Virus record (IMG/VR): IMGVR_UViG_3300012983_000036
Coordinates: 1-64,000 of that record
Source: a virus
Taxonomy: Duplodnaviria; Caudoviricetes
Reading direction: 5' to 3' (one strand)
Length of the DNA stretch: 64,000 nucleotides
The position numbers were made by a program, and so were the translations under genes. Under the pieces are notes generated by a model. That model did not search any database. It was not told the origin of the DNA and saw only the letters and a list, made by a program, of their open reading frames with translations. Below are positions 43,901 to 55,717 of this stretch, piece after piece (the first letter of the stretch is position 1; each line of letters opens with the position of its first letter).

Positions 43901-45431
43901 ATTTAGAGGAGGTTGATTGCGAGCTTCAAGTGGTTTGTGAGATAGATAACTATGTTTTTCCAGCTAAAATGGATTATAAAGCAATAACACGTCGTAATTA
44001 TTCAGATGTGACTTATTCTATTAAAAACATTGATGTTCAGCATCAATTGCTTGATAAGATGATTTTTCCTGCTATACTTCTTTCAGAAAGACCTTGTAAG
44101 CTTTCTTCTAAGCAGATGTATGATTTGACTCGCCAGCATATTTTAGAAAATATTGATAATTCTGTTGCAAAAATTACTTCTAATTATGATTTTTGTTTTG
44201 AAGTAAAAAAGCTTGTTCCTTTAATCGAGCCAGAAACTATTTCTTATCATAATATTTTTGCTAGAACTAAGAAAGAACGAAATAAAATTCATACTACTAT
44301 TAAAAAATATGAAGAGAAACTTATATTTGAAATGACTCATGATCAGTCTAAGTATAATAACTATTCAGTTATTCCTGAACTCTGTGCTAATAGCGAGACG
44401 GAACTGAAGGAAAAGGTTGATACATGGTTAGAAGGTTTGATGGAGACTATTAATAAACCTTTATGTCAGTGCCCCCATTGTCAAGGTTCGGGTTATATAG
44501 ATGAAATAGTAAAATCAGAGTTTAGTTATAATAAATAAAGAGAGAAAGAGAGCATGTAGTTATGGTATATAAAAGTCATCAAATTTGGCGAGATACTTTA
44601 GGCGTTGGTGCAGGTTATCAAACTGTTCCTAGTCATTATAAATTTGGAAAAAAACTTAAAACTTTACGAAATAGTAAGCCAAACATTCCTTATACCCTTG
44701 AAATCGAATGTAATTCATATTGGGGTAATTTTGAGAGAGAATTTCTTGGTTATGCTTTGGGTATTCTCGATGATGTTCAAATGAATATTGATTTTGCAGA
44801 TAAGGAACGTGCGATGTTCTGGAAAGAGGTTTTTAATTCAGATGAAGTAGTATCTTTTGAAGATGCTTTAGATTCTTATGAGCTTTTGCGTGATTATCTA
44901 TTTGAAACTTTTCAAGATGTAGATGACTGGGAGCAGCTTACTTTTTATGAAATTGATTGGGAAGCTATGCACAAGGAAGATCGTAATATTTTAGTAGTTC
45001 AGTTAGCTAAACCTTTGAGTACCTATTGGGAAGAAATTATTATTCCTCGAATGAAACGATTTTTTGAATTAAAGATTTATGAGTATATGGATAAGGATGC
45101 TGAATTAACTGGTATTACTCTTTGCAGTAAAGGTCATAATCCAATAAAAAGTTATTAAAAGGAGGCTATTAAAATGTTTGATTTTTTTAAGAGCTTTAAA
45201 CCTTATTACTGGATGGGGTTAAGAACTATTGGTGGCCGTGATGGCATTCGTTTTTGTATTCAATTTGCTGGTAAGTGCGATTCAAGCTGGAGTGATTTTT
45301 ATGAAGACACTAATAAGCCCTGGAAAAAGTGGTATACAAATCCATTTTTTCAGAATAACTCAGGATATGATGAAAGCTTGGATAGGTACCGTGTTCGTTT
45401 TATTTTTATGTGGCTTATGATACAGTGGTAA
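37908..45431 (+). other. Array of hypothetical ORFs, including membrane protein 37908, Zn-ribbon paralogs 38165/38784/39451/40114, and 354-aa ORF 43519-44538
   Basis: Co-oriented, RBS-led, often translationally coupled ORFs; no confident function. Confidence 0.65.
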
Positions 45432-45521
45432 AAAACTTAGAGATTATTAAGAACTTTCTTAATAATCTCTTTTTTATTTACCGTATAATAAATAGATAAA
45501 ATTTTTGGAGGCTTATAATAC

Positions 45522-45782
45522 ATGAAATATAAAAAGAAACTTGAGGTTGTTGAAGCTGTTCAGTGGTTAGGTAATAACATAGATGACCTAGAGACCTTTG
45601 TTGGGTCTGCATTGCATCATACTACAGAGGAAGATGGCAGAATCGTTGTTTCAGTAACGACTTTTAAAGGACCGGTACGAGTGGATGAGGGCGATTATGT
45701 TGTCCAAGTTCCGGGTACTCAGCATTTTTACCCTTATAGGCCTAGCTTATTTGAAAGTAACTATGAACCTTTGGAGGATTAG
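45522..45782 (+). CDS. Conserved small phage protein (KKxxVVEAVQW...GDYVV...FYP...FExxYE)
   Basis: Motif pattern recognised from a widespread phage family; function not assigned. Confidence 0.7.
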   Translation: MKYKKKLEVVEAVQWLGNNIDDLETFVGSALHHTTEEDGRIVVSVTTFKGPVRVDEGDYVVQVPGTQHFYPYRPSLFESNYEPLED

Positions 45783-45785
45783 AAA

Positions 45786-46208
45786 ATGAGTAGAATGTCT
45801 ATAGATGAATATTATCTTAATATAGCCAAAGCTGTGAGCAAGAGGTCCTCTTGTTTACGTAGACAATATGGTGCCGTTATAGTTAATAATAAAGAAATTG
45901 TAAGCACTGGTTATAATGGAGCTCCCAGGGGTGAAACAAATTGCTGTGACCTTGGTGTATGTCATAGATTAAATGCAGCACATGGTACTGGTGATTATAG
46001 TGAGTGCAGAAGTGTACATGCAGAACAGAATGCTATCATATCAGCAGCTAGATCCGAAATGCTCGGCGCAACTATCTATCTCTACGGTGAAGAAAATGGA
46101 AAAGAAATTGAAGCTATACCTTGTCCTATCTGCGCTCGCATGATAAATAATGCTGGGATTGAGAAAATTGTAACTTCGGAGGGTTGCAGCTATGTTAAAT
46201 CTTTTTAA
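45786..46208 (+). CDS. dCMP deaminase
   Basis: RSSC.RRQYGAVIV, TGYNG, VHAEQNAI, PCPIC. Confidence 0.92.
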   Translation: MSRMSIDEYYLNIAKAVSKRSSCLRRQYGAVIVNNKEIVSTGYNGAPRGETNCCDLGVCHRLNAAHGTGDYSECRSVHAEQNAIISAARSEMLGATIYLYGEENGKEIEAIPCPICARMINNAGIEKIVTSEGCSYVKSF

Positions 46209-47204
46209 AGTTTTATTGAATAAAGCCTCAGTTAAGCCTTTATGTTCTTTGCTTGGCCTTGACCCGAGTATAATAAATCATTTACAGCAAGCTCAGAGAC
46301 CTCATCTTTCTACAAAACAGGCAGGTAAATTATATAATAATCTCTATTTGCCGAAAACATCTTGGATAGCTTGCTGTAAATGTCGTTATCGTCAAGAATA
46401 CGAAACGCGAGAGCTTCGTACAGGATGTTATTTAGGAGATGAAGGTTAATGTTGGAAGTTATTTTATTAATGTTATTTGTTGTATTGCTTTCAGTAGCTA
46501 TTGCCGTTTTTTGTATAGTTTTAGGAACTCTTGAACCTAAGAAAGTTTTTGAAATTACTTATTATACAGAAGACCATAAACGTTTGAATATTTTAGTTAC
46601 TGCTAGGTCGGCAGCTGGAGCAGTTAAACAGTTTTATAAGTTAAAGGGGCGTACTAATAGTATTCATTATATAGAGGAGGAGCAGTGTGATTAAATATGA
46701 ATTTCCTTGCTTTCCAGGAGATCCTGTTTGGTATATAGAACGTTATAATGGTAAGCCTTTGCGTGTAGGTAAGGATATAGTTCAAATGGTTGGTTTTACA
46801 ACTCGTAGTGTTCAAATAAAACTAAGAGACCATAAAGATTTCAATAAAACATTCACTTGGGGCAAAACTGTATTTTCTTCACAAGATGATGCTTTAATAG
46901 CTTTTGCAAAAATGTCAAAATAAAAGGTGTTGATAAACTTGGCTTATAAGCAAGCACAGAATCGTAAAAAGCGTTTACGTAAAACATATAATCAAACTAA
47001 AACTAAATATTGTAGTGGAGTGTGGTATGATGAGGAACGCGGATACTATTATAAATATCATGCTTCTAATACACCGGGTTATACAAAACGGTTAAGAAAA
47101 ATGTCTAATAAAAGAGTACGTAGATTACAAGATCCGGGTAACCATAGTTCTTATAAAAGAGTATATGATTATAAATGGATACTTTTTTAACAGGAGATTG
47201 CTAG

Positions 47205-47597
47205 ATGGCTAAAACAATTTCAAAAAAGACTAGAGAAAAAGTTTATAATAAATATTATGGTCATTGTGCTTATTGTGGAAAAGAAATCCAATATAAAGAT
47301 ATGCAGTTAGACCATCTTATTCCTAAGCAGCGTGAACGTTTTAAAAAATATACAGAAGAAGAAATTGAATGCTTTGAGAACTACATGCCTTCTTGTAGAA
47401 GATGTAATCACTATAAGCGTGCACATTCGTTAGAAACTTTCAGACAGATGATTGAAGAAATACCTGCAAAGCTTTTTAGAGATAATTACATATATAAAGT
47501 TGGTTTAGACTACCATTTAGTGGTTCCTCACGAGCATAAGGTTATATTTTTCTTTGAGCAAGTAGATAAAGCTAAGGCTAAAAAAGATAATTCATAA
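47205..47597 (+). CDS. HNH endonuclease (Zn-binding type)
   Basis: CAYCG...MQLDHLIP...NYMPSCRRCNHYK. Confidence 0.85.
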   Translation: MAKTISKKTREKVYNKYYGHCAYCGKEIQYKDMQLDHLIPKQRERFKKYTEEEIECFENYMPSCRRCNHYKRAHSLETFRQMIEEIPAKLFRDNYIYKVGLDYHLVVPHEHKVIFFFEQVDKAKAKKDNS

Positions 47598-47676
47598 TAT
47601 TTATGAATTATCTTTTTTATTTTAAAATAACTGCTAAATTATTTGATTAAACTTTAAATAATAAGTAGGTGCATAT

Positions 47677-48522
47677 ATGAATTTTATTGAGGCTTTTGAT
47701 AAGCTGGACCAAATAAATTCTGAGAGCTTACTTTTAAGTCAGCAACCATTAGATGAAGGACGTTCAATGCCGTATGCGCTAATTGTAATGCTTAATGACG
47801 AATGGAAGCTCTTTAAAGGCCTTGATACAGAGCTTACTGAGGCCGAGCTAGACGACTTTTTGTTGGATAAGCCTGAATATGCTGATGCAAAAGTAATTCT
47901 TACATCCGAGATACCTGAGTACATAAAAAAGAAGACGACTCTACAGGAACAGGATTTTTCAGATAGAGAATATCTTATTGCTGAGCTGACTAGGCTGGGT
48001 TATAATTATAACTTTGATAAATATTCTAATAGACAGCTATATTGTATTTTAAACAATACATTAAAGAAAATTGATAATGAAAGAACAAAAGCTGAAATGG
48101 CAGCTGCTGAACGTGAGTTAGCTAAAGAAAGATCTCGTGCTAAATGTTCTTTATGCGACTCTCCCTTGACCGATGGAGGTTATTGTCCAGTCTGCGATGA
48201 TGGTGCAACAGATTTAAATGAAGGAAATTTTAATGGTAAACCTTCCAATATTAGCTGGAAAGCTGTACCTAGTACCTCTACAAATCAGTCTGCTGCGTAT
48301 TCGTCTACTCAAAATCAGGCAAGTACTGGTAATATTGTAACTATTGTTTATGATAGAAAAGCTCACAAACTCAGAGCTCGTGCTGATGATGGAGTAAATG
48401 GAGAAGCAAATGTAGCATTCCCAAATAATTTAAGAACTACTGCGGGACAACAGTATGAAGTAGATAAACTTATTTGGAATGGTAAAAATTATCGAGTATC
48501 CGGAAATATAAAACCGGTATAA
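47677..48522 (+). CDS. Multi-module protein with leader (MNFIEAFDKLDQINSES) and Zn ribbon
   Basis: GCTAAATTA at 47633; modules separated by LDEG, LQEQ, LNEG. Confidence 0.75.
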   Translation: MNFIEAFDKLDQINSESLLLSQQPLDEGRSMPYALIVMLNDEWKLFKGLDTELTEAELDDFLLDKPEYADAKVILTSEIPEYIKKKTTLQEQDFSDREYLIAELTRLGYNYNFDKYSNRQLYCILNNTLKKIDNERTKAEMAAAERELAKERSRAKCSLCDSPLTDGGYCPVCDDGATDLNEGNFNGKPSNISWKAVPSTSTNQSAAYSSTQNQASTGNIVTIVYDRKAHKLRARADDGVNGEANVAFPNNLRTTAGQQYEVDKLIWNGKNYRVSGNIKPV

Positions 48523-48554
48523 ATAAAAAATTAAATTTTAAGGAGATTACTAAA

Positions 48555-49010
48555 ATGAGTTATTTTATGAGTGTATTTGAAGACCTTAATGCAATTTATG
48601 ACGAAGGTCTTGAGTCAGAAGTTAAAGAAGAACTTACTGAGGAAGTTATGTCTGAACCTGCTTCTGTTGAAACTGAAGCAAAACCAGCAGAGGAAGCTCT
48701 TACAGAAGATTCTGAAGAAATACCTGCAGATGAAGAGACTGAAGAACCTAGACAGCTTATCTTAGAGTGTGACAAATGTGGAGCTCTTGTTATTAAAGCA
48801 GAAACAGATGTTGCTATAGATGAGGCTACTGATCTTGTTAACGTAGAAGAAACTTGTCAGTATTGTGAAGAAACCGCTGGCTATAAAATTATCGGTATAG
48901 TTGCACCTTTTGAAACTGCTGAAGATGTATCTGAAGAAGCTCCTGAAGAAGCACCTGAAATTGAACAAGAGGCAGATGCTATAGAAGACTTTGAAGTTGT
49001 TGAAGACTGA
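48555..49010 (+). CDS. Acidic Zn-ribbon protein with leader (MSYFMSVFEDLNAIYDE..LTEE..LTED)
   Basis: CDKC...CQYC; E-rich; co-transcribed with 47677. Confidence 0.75.
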   Translation: MSYFMSVFEDLNAIYDEGLESEVKEELTEEVMSEPASVETEAKPAEEALTEDSEEIPADEETEEPRQLILECDKCGALVIKAETDVAIDEATDLVNVEETCQYCEETAGYKIIGIVAPFETAEDVSEEAPEEAPEIEQEADAIEDFEVVED

Positions 49011-49119
49011 TCAATTATTTAAAATTAAATATAGTTAATTTGTAAGAGGTTTGGTATTAATTTATCAAACCTCTTATTGTATATTATAATATAAATTTAT
49101 ATAATGAGGAGTACTTTAT

Positions 49120-51963
49120 ATGTTTAGTGTATATGTTTTAACTAGTACAGATGAAATTAAAAAGGTTGTGTGTAAATCCTGTGCTAAAAGAGGCGAAGTG
49201 CTTTCAGCATGTCCTGAATGCGGAGGAGCTGGAGTACATCGAAAATCTGTTCAGAGGTATAAGGTAAAAGATAGACCTATAGAACTTGTCCAGGTAGACA
49301 GAGATCCTCGTACTGGACTTATTAGATATTGGACTGGCTTAGGTGATTTTTATTATGAAAGTACCTATCCAACTTTAAATCGTTTTGTACCTGAAGTGCC
49401 TTATGGTATACATTTTGTACATGGTAATAAAGATTCAGCACAAGCGGAAGCTGATAGAATTAATGCTTTTTTAGCTAAGCAGGAAAGAGGATAAGCTTTA
49501 TGACCGATAACTTATTTATACATAAGTGTTATGAAGACTGCGAGGTAGGTAAAGCTAAAAGTAAAATCTTATTAGCTGACCATAATTCTGTAGCAGATGC
49601 TGCGTCAGACTTTAGATACTTTATTAATGACTGTCGAAAAACTTGTACTCGATGTCGTGAATGCTCACAGAAATTAGGAGGCTGTAAGAAATAATGCTTA
49701 AAACTTTTAATGACTATATTTTAGATTTAACTGTTACACCACAGACTTTGCTTTTGCCTGAGGATGCTCAAATTGTTGCTTTAAGAGAAGCATCAGATAA
49801 GCTTATTATGACAGCTTTAATTGATGCTAACGAAACTTATGGAAAAATAAGAGCTTTTCAAATTTGTACCTTATCTAATGTAATTTTAGCCAATGAGGTT
49901 ATTTATATAGGCACTTGTGAAACTGAACTTTTAGGCCAAATTTATCTTGTTGAAATAAAATAATTATTAAAAGTGTTAAAAAAGTCGTTATTATAATGTA
50001 TATTATAATAACGACTTTATTTTTAGGGAGGTTAAAAATATGCCTGATATAAGACCTTGTAGCTGTTGTGGAAAAGAAAAAGAAGTTTTTGTAGCTTGTT
50101 CTATGCTTGGTGCTATTTCTTTTGCCTATTGTGCTGATTGTCTTAATGCTGGCGTGGAACCTTACGATACTTTAGTAGATTATATCTCTTTTGCGGGTGC
50201 TTATCCTGAAGATATTCAGCCAGATTGGTTAGATTTTATAAAGCTTAATTTGGAGTTTTATAACAAAACAGAAGAACAATTTAAAAAAGACCTTAGAAAA
50301 GCTGAGGAAGCTTTGTCTCGAGATTTTTGTCAGACAGCCTCACAAACTGAAAACTGGGAAGGAGATTTTTTAATATGAAAACTGTAGACGATGTTATGAT
50401 TTGTCCTCACTGTGGCAGTGACGATTGCTATATGTATAATACTGATGAATGCAATTTTAATGAGGACAGCACTGGTAAATACATTATTGATTGTTCTTGT
50501 AGAACCTGTAATAAGTATTTTAGGCTTTATGCTAATTTTACTTATAATATAACTTCTGCCGGTGCCTATACAGGTTGTGGAAAAGATAGACAATTTAAAC
50601 AAATTTATAATGAGGAGGATTAAATATGTCTTTAGTAACTAATTTAAAAAATATTAATTCTCAAGCAGATTTATTTAATTATATTTGTCAGCTGGAAGAG
50701 GACATTGAAGCTAAAGAAAAAATCATAGATAATCAGATACTTAAAATTGCTGATCTTGCTACTGAAAATGATGCTCTTACTAAAAAAGTTAAAAAGCTTA
50801 CTGCTGCACTTGAAGAAAAAAATATTAATTTAGAGACACAAGAAAATCGATTTATTGATTCTGCTGTTCTTGAGGATAGTGCTTTAGACTCAGCTAGTAG
50901 AACTGCTGATTTTTCAAAAATTTATTAAAGGTAGGAATAAATATGAAAAGTGTTAAAGAAATTAAAGATAAGATTAAAACAGGTTTTGAACATGACGTAT
51001 TTGGTTTTGGAGTAGATGACCTTATTGAAGTACTTCCTTTTGAGGTGGCTAAAGAATACCTTCACGAGAGCTTTCTTAATAAATCAACTGCGGAAGAAGA
51101 GTGGGAAGCGCTTAGACTTAAAACTGATGATGACATAAAGGATAAGATGTTTGATTATCTTTCTTTTGCTTGGGATAAAGCTGATGGTTGCAGAGGTCTT
51201 TCAGCAGATAGAAGTATTCGTCATTTTGCAGCATGGGCTTGGCTTATTGACGATGAGCTTTATAGTAAGATTGAAGATATGTACGAAAATAACTATGCTC
51301 CATATGGTAAACCTATTCTTACTTTTATTGGAGATAAGCTCGGTTACCAGAAAAAGATAGCTTGAGAGGTCTTTTAAAATGTTAGAATTTGGTGATATTA
51401 TATATAGACCTTGTCTCAGTTATGCAGGTAAGAAGAATTTTATAAATAGTCAAATCGTGTTGGATGTAAAAGATTACGGTTCTGGCCCGGTTATTCACAG
51501 TATCGATGCCTTTGGTCAAAAGTGGTCAGATTTTTATGATACTGCTTTAGATTCAATTATTTTTACAGATAAAGAAATTGCTAAGCAGTGTCTAGCTAAA
51601 AAAATTTCAGAGAAAGCTGTTAAAGTAGCTAATTCTACTATTTCATGCCCTCTAAAAGATCTTGATACTGAAAAGCTTTATTCATCACAGGGTTGTTGTT
51701 TTTCTACTATAAATTTTAAGTAAGTTAGAGGTTTATTTATGTCATATTTAGATAATATTATGCGAATCGACTTTGAAACGGGTTGCTATACTTCTAGCGG
51801 TGAATTAGTGACAGGAACTGAAAGAACTATGACGATTCTTTATAATAAAACAGTTATAACTGAAGCTGAGGTTAGAAAGCTTCTTGGTTCTGGTGAATAT
51901 GAATATGATTCTCGTATAATAGTAACTACACCTGTACAAGCTCAAAATTTGAAAGGTAAATGA
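49120..51963 (+). other. Hypothetical ORF cluster
   Basis: ORFs 49120, 49500, 49694, 50040, 50375, 50626, 50943, 51379, 51739 with RBSs. Confidence 0.65.
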
Positions 51964-51967
51964 AAGT

Positions 51968-52717
51968 ATGTATAAACTTTTACAAGGGGACTGCGTTGAA
52001 TTATTAGCAGAAATTCCTGATAATAGCATTGATTTAATTTTGACAGACCCACCTTATATTATAAGTAAAAAAAGTGGTTTTGCTAATTGTAATGAGAACA
52101 CTTCTGCAGAATGTCTAACTAAATTTGGTGGTTATAAAACAGACTTTGGTGATTGGGATAAAGAACCTCTTGAGTTAGAAGTTCTTTTACATATATTTTT
52201 TAAAAAGCTTAAACCTAGCGGTTCTCTTATAATGTTCTATGATTTTTGGAAGATGCAGGAATTAAAAGAAGCTGCAGAGCTTATTGGTTTTAAACAACCT
52301 AGACTTGGTTGTTGGAATAAAACTAATCCAGTACCTATTAATTCAAAACTTAATTACTTATCGAATGGTAAAGAATTTTTTGTATCTTTTGTAAAAAAGT
52401 CTAAGCCTATTTTTAATTCAGAATATGACACAGGTGAGTATTATATACCTGAACAGGAATCATATGATACTTTTTTCTATCCTATTTGCCATGGTAAAGA
52501 GCGTACTATACATCCTACGCAGAAACCGTTAGCGTTAATTAAGGAGCTAGTGCTAAAGCATTCTAATGAAGGTTGCCTCATTTTAGACCCATTTATGGGT
52601 AGTGGTACCACAGGAGTGGCTTGTCTTGAGTCTAATCGAAATTTTATTGGTATAGAACTTGATAATGACTTTTTTATATGTGCAGAGAATAGAATTGGAG
52701 GTTTAAATGGCAGATAA
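51968..52717 (+). CDS. Beta-class N4-C/N6-A DNA methyltransferase
   Basis: LILTDPPY near N-terminus, HPTQKP, LDPFMGSGTTG near C-terminus. Confidence 0.92.
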   Translation: MYKLLQGDCVELLAEIPDNSIDLILTDPPYIISKKSGFANCNENTSAECLTKFGGYKTDFGDWDKEPLELEVLLHIFFKKLKPSGSLIMFYDFWKMQELKEAAELIGFKQPRLGCWNKTNPVPINSKLNYLSNGKEFFVSFVKKSKPIFNSEYDTGEYYIPEQESYDTFFYPICHGKERTIHPTQKPLALIKELVLKHSNEGCLILDPFMGSGTTGVACLESNRNFIGIELDNDFFICAENRIGGLNGR

Positions 52718-53307
52718 GACTTTTAGTATAGAAGTAACTATGGAAGAGCGTTGGATAGACCATTTTTGTTCAATGTTAAAATATATGGAGCATTGTGGAA
52801 ATGTGGGGCATTCTGAAATAGTCTCTTTTTATTCCGACGGAGATGGTGATTTTAGACCCAAATTTGAAATTGGTACTGATTTTAATATTACCAATTCTCG
52901 AGCCAGCCTCGCTCAAAATGTAACCACTTTATATGATGCTGGATAAATTATTTTATGGGTTATCTTAGAAAATTTTCTAAGATAACCTAAATATTTACCG
53001 TATTATATCATGTAATTTATATTTATAAGAGAGGTTATTATAATGATTAAAGCTGAAGAACTAGTTGAGCGTCTTTATCAGCATATTGAAAATTATGAAC
53101 AAGGAAAAACGCAAGATTTTGAAAAAGTTTTTTCAGATTGTAAACTTGCTGCTGATATGATTAAAATTCTAAAGGCTAGTAAACATACTCAAAAGAGACA
53201 GAGACAGCGATTAAGTAAGAAAAATCGAGATAAAACTAAACAAATAGAAGCTCTCACTGCTGAAATAGCAGTACTTCGAAATAAAAATTCAGTAAAGGAG
53301 GCAGATT

Positions 53308-54177
53308 ATGCCAATACATGATGACCTTGGCACAAGAATGAAGTCTTTTTATGAGCAAGTGCCGAAAACCAGACTAGTACGTCGTATGCCTGTTGCTATT
53401 AGAATTGATGGTAAGGCTTTTCATACCTTTACCAGAGGCTTTGCGAAACCTTTTGATGATATTTTAATGCGGTCTATGCAAGAGACTATGAAGTATCTAT
53501 GCGAAAATATTCAGGGTTGTGTTTTAGGCTATGCACAGTCAGATGAAATTACTTTAATTTTAGTAGACTATAAAAAGCTTACTTCTTCTGCCTGGTTTGA
53601 CTATGAAGTTCAGAAAATGTGTAGTATTGCGAGTAGTATGGCTACCATGGCTTTTAATAAAATTTTCACAGATAGAGTAAAGTCTTATGATCTTGCTTGG
53701 AAGTCTGGGATGACACCTCAGAGTGTTGAAATTCAAAAATCCCATAATAATTATATGAATGCTCTTTATAAAGCTATCGAAAAAGGTGCCATGTTTGATG
53801 CTAGAGTTTTTAACATTCCAAAAGAAGAAGTAGCTAATCTTATTTATTGGAGACAGCTTGATGCAACTCGAAATAGTATTCAAATGGTAGGCCAAGCTAA
53901 TTTTTCATACAAAGAACTACAAAATAAGTCTTGTAATGATATTCAAGATATGTTAATGACTCAGAAACATATTAATTGGAATGATTTTCCAGTTGATTGT
54001 AAAAGAGGTAGTTGCTGTATTAAAAAAGCTCAAATAAATACTGCTAATTGTGAATCTCACCCTTCTGGCACAGTAAGAGCTGCAAGAACCTCTTGGGTAA
54101 TTGATACTGATATTCCTATTTTTAAAGAATCCGGAAGGGATTACATAGATAACCTTATTTTTATTGGAGAAGAGTGA
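53308..54177 (+). CDS. thg1: tRNA(His) guanylyltransferase Thg1-like protein
   Basis: RMK..E, IRIDGKAFHTFT, KPFD, YAQSDEITL, FDARV, WRQLDATRNSI. Confidence 0.92.
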   Translation: MPIHDDLGTRMKSFYEQVPKTRLVRRMPVAIRIDGKAFHTFTRGFAKPFDDILMRSMQETMKYLCENIQGCVLGYAQSDEITLILVDYKKLTSSAWFDYEVQKMCSIASSMATMAFNKIFTDRVKSYDLAWKSGMTPQSVEIQKSHNNYMNALYKAIEKGAMFDARVFNIPKEEVANLIYWRQLDATRNSIQMVGQANFSYKELQNKSCNDIQDMLMTQKHINWNDFPVDCKRGSCCIKKAQINTANCESHPSGTVRAARTSWVIDTDIPIFKESGRDYIDNLIFIGEE

Positions 54178-54447
54178 TTTAGCTATATGTGCGAGTATTG
54201 TGGTGAAAATATTGATGGTAGTTGTCCTAACTACAAAATTCATCCTTCTTTTTACTTAGTGGACGAGGGTACTCAAGAGCTTTTAGTACCTAATGGTAAT
54301 AATACTACTATGTATTTACGTGAATATTCCCCCACTCTATGGTCTATCATTTGTGAACTTGCTGACGAGGAAGGTAATGTTGTAGAAACTCCTGTAGACT
54401 TTTGTCCTAAATGTGGACGTAAGCTTATTTAATAGGGAGGTGATATT

Positions 54448-54831
54448 ATGCAACGTAGATTATATCGTGCTAGACGTACAGATAATAATGAGCTAGTATA
54501 TGGTTCACCTATATTTCAGGATAATTATGTATTAATTCGTTTTTGGAATAGTGAAGAATCTATATTTGTAGAATACTTGGTTGACCCAGATTCATTATCT
54601 GAGCATACTGGCATAAAAGATAAAAACGGAGTGCCAGTGTTTGAAAATGACTTTATAAAACTTAATGATGATGTAAAAGAGTTATTTGATTTAAGAGATG
54701 GCTTTGTTACTTATTTAGGCGGTTGTTTTATTATAGCAGGAAATAAAGGTAATTTCTTATGTTCTTTACATGCTCTTTCAGATATGAATTGGGTTTTACG
54801 TGGTGAAGTTATTAATAATAAAGAAAGGTAA
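54448..54831 (+). CDS. YopX-family protein
   Basis: YRA...VDPDSLSEHTGIKDKNG..VFENDFI...EVI. Confidence 0.8.
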   Translation: MQRRLYRARRTDNNELVYGSPIFQDNYVLIRFWNSEESIFVEYLVDPDSLSEHTGIKDKNGVPVFENDFIKLNDDVKELFDLRDGFVTYLGGCFIIAGNKGNFLCSLHALSDMNWVLRGEVINNKER

Positions 54832-54839
54832 TCAATAAC

Positions 54840-55100
54840 ATGAAAAGATTTTTAGGTATTATTTTAGTGCTTATTCTTATTGTAGCACTTTTCACTGGTT
54901 GTAACGTATCAATGGGTTTAGGCTCTTATGAGTATAATAAAGTTCACGTCGACACTTATCACTATTCAGGTTGTTTAGATGTGGACAAGTGGTATGACAA
55001 CTCAACAGGTCTCGAAATAAAGACAGAAGACGGGCAGTCAATGTTTTTTTCTGAAGGGACCTACATATTAATTGAAGATGATTGTCCTTTTTGTGAATAA
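54840..55100 (+). CDS. Small lipoprotein
   Basis: MKR plus hydrophobic stretch plus lipobox FTGC. Confidence 0.75.
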   Translation: MKRFLGIILVLILIVALFTGCNVSMGLGSYEYNKVHVDTYHYSGCLDVDKWYDNSTGLEIKTEDGQSMFFSEGTYILIEDDCPFCE

Positions 55101-55717
55101 TTTTTAAGGTGACATTTAAAGTGACATCCAAAGTGCAAAAATTGCACTTTGGATGTCGTATTATATTTATATAGAATTTTATAGGAGTTTATTATGTTAT
55201 CTTGGAATGTCTGGCTTGAAGATACAGCCAAAAAAACTATCATTGCTTATGATATTTTTAAAGGTGGCTATTGGCAAGAAATTATTGATAAGCTAATGCA
55301 CGAGTCAATTAATAAAGCCGAGTTTGCTGAGAAATTCAAAGCTAAGCTTAAGTACCAATATTGGAGTCGAAGTGAATATGAAATTAGCCTTACTTCTTGG
55401 CCTGCATATGTTGAAGTGACTAGGTTAGAAGACTTAAAAAAATCTGTGGATTTTGAAAAGCAACAGTGGGGTATCCAACCTTATAGAGTTGCTGTGCCAC
55501 TTACAGTAGCTAGAAAAATTGATATTTATGAGCAGCTTCTATTAAATTGGGATCCTTTTATAAATTATGTATGGGAGAATGCTTAATGAGCTTATTTTGG
55601 GGAAGAGATAATAATATAAGTATATATTCTAATTTAAAAGATTTAATAGATATGTTTTTTGCACAAAGACAATTATTTAATAGAGCGCATTCTAATAATG
55701 AAGGAGATTTGGTTAAT

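Noticed and set aside
45522-45782. Assignment as a known anti-defence sponge protein
   Set aside because: Family is recognisable but I cannot match it reliably to Tad/Acb families without a search
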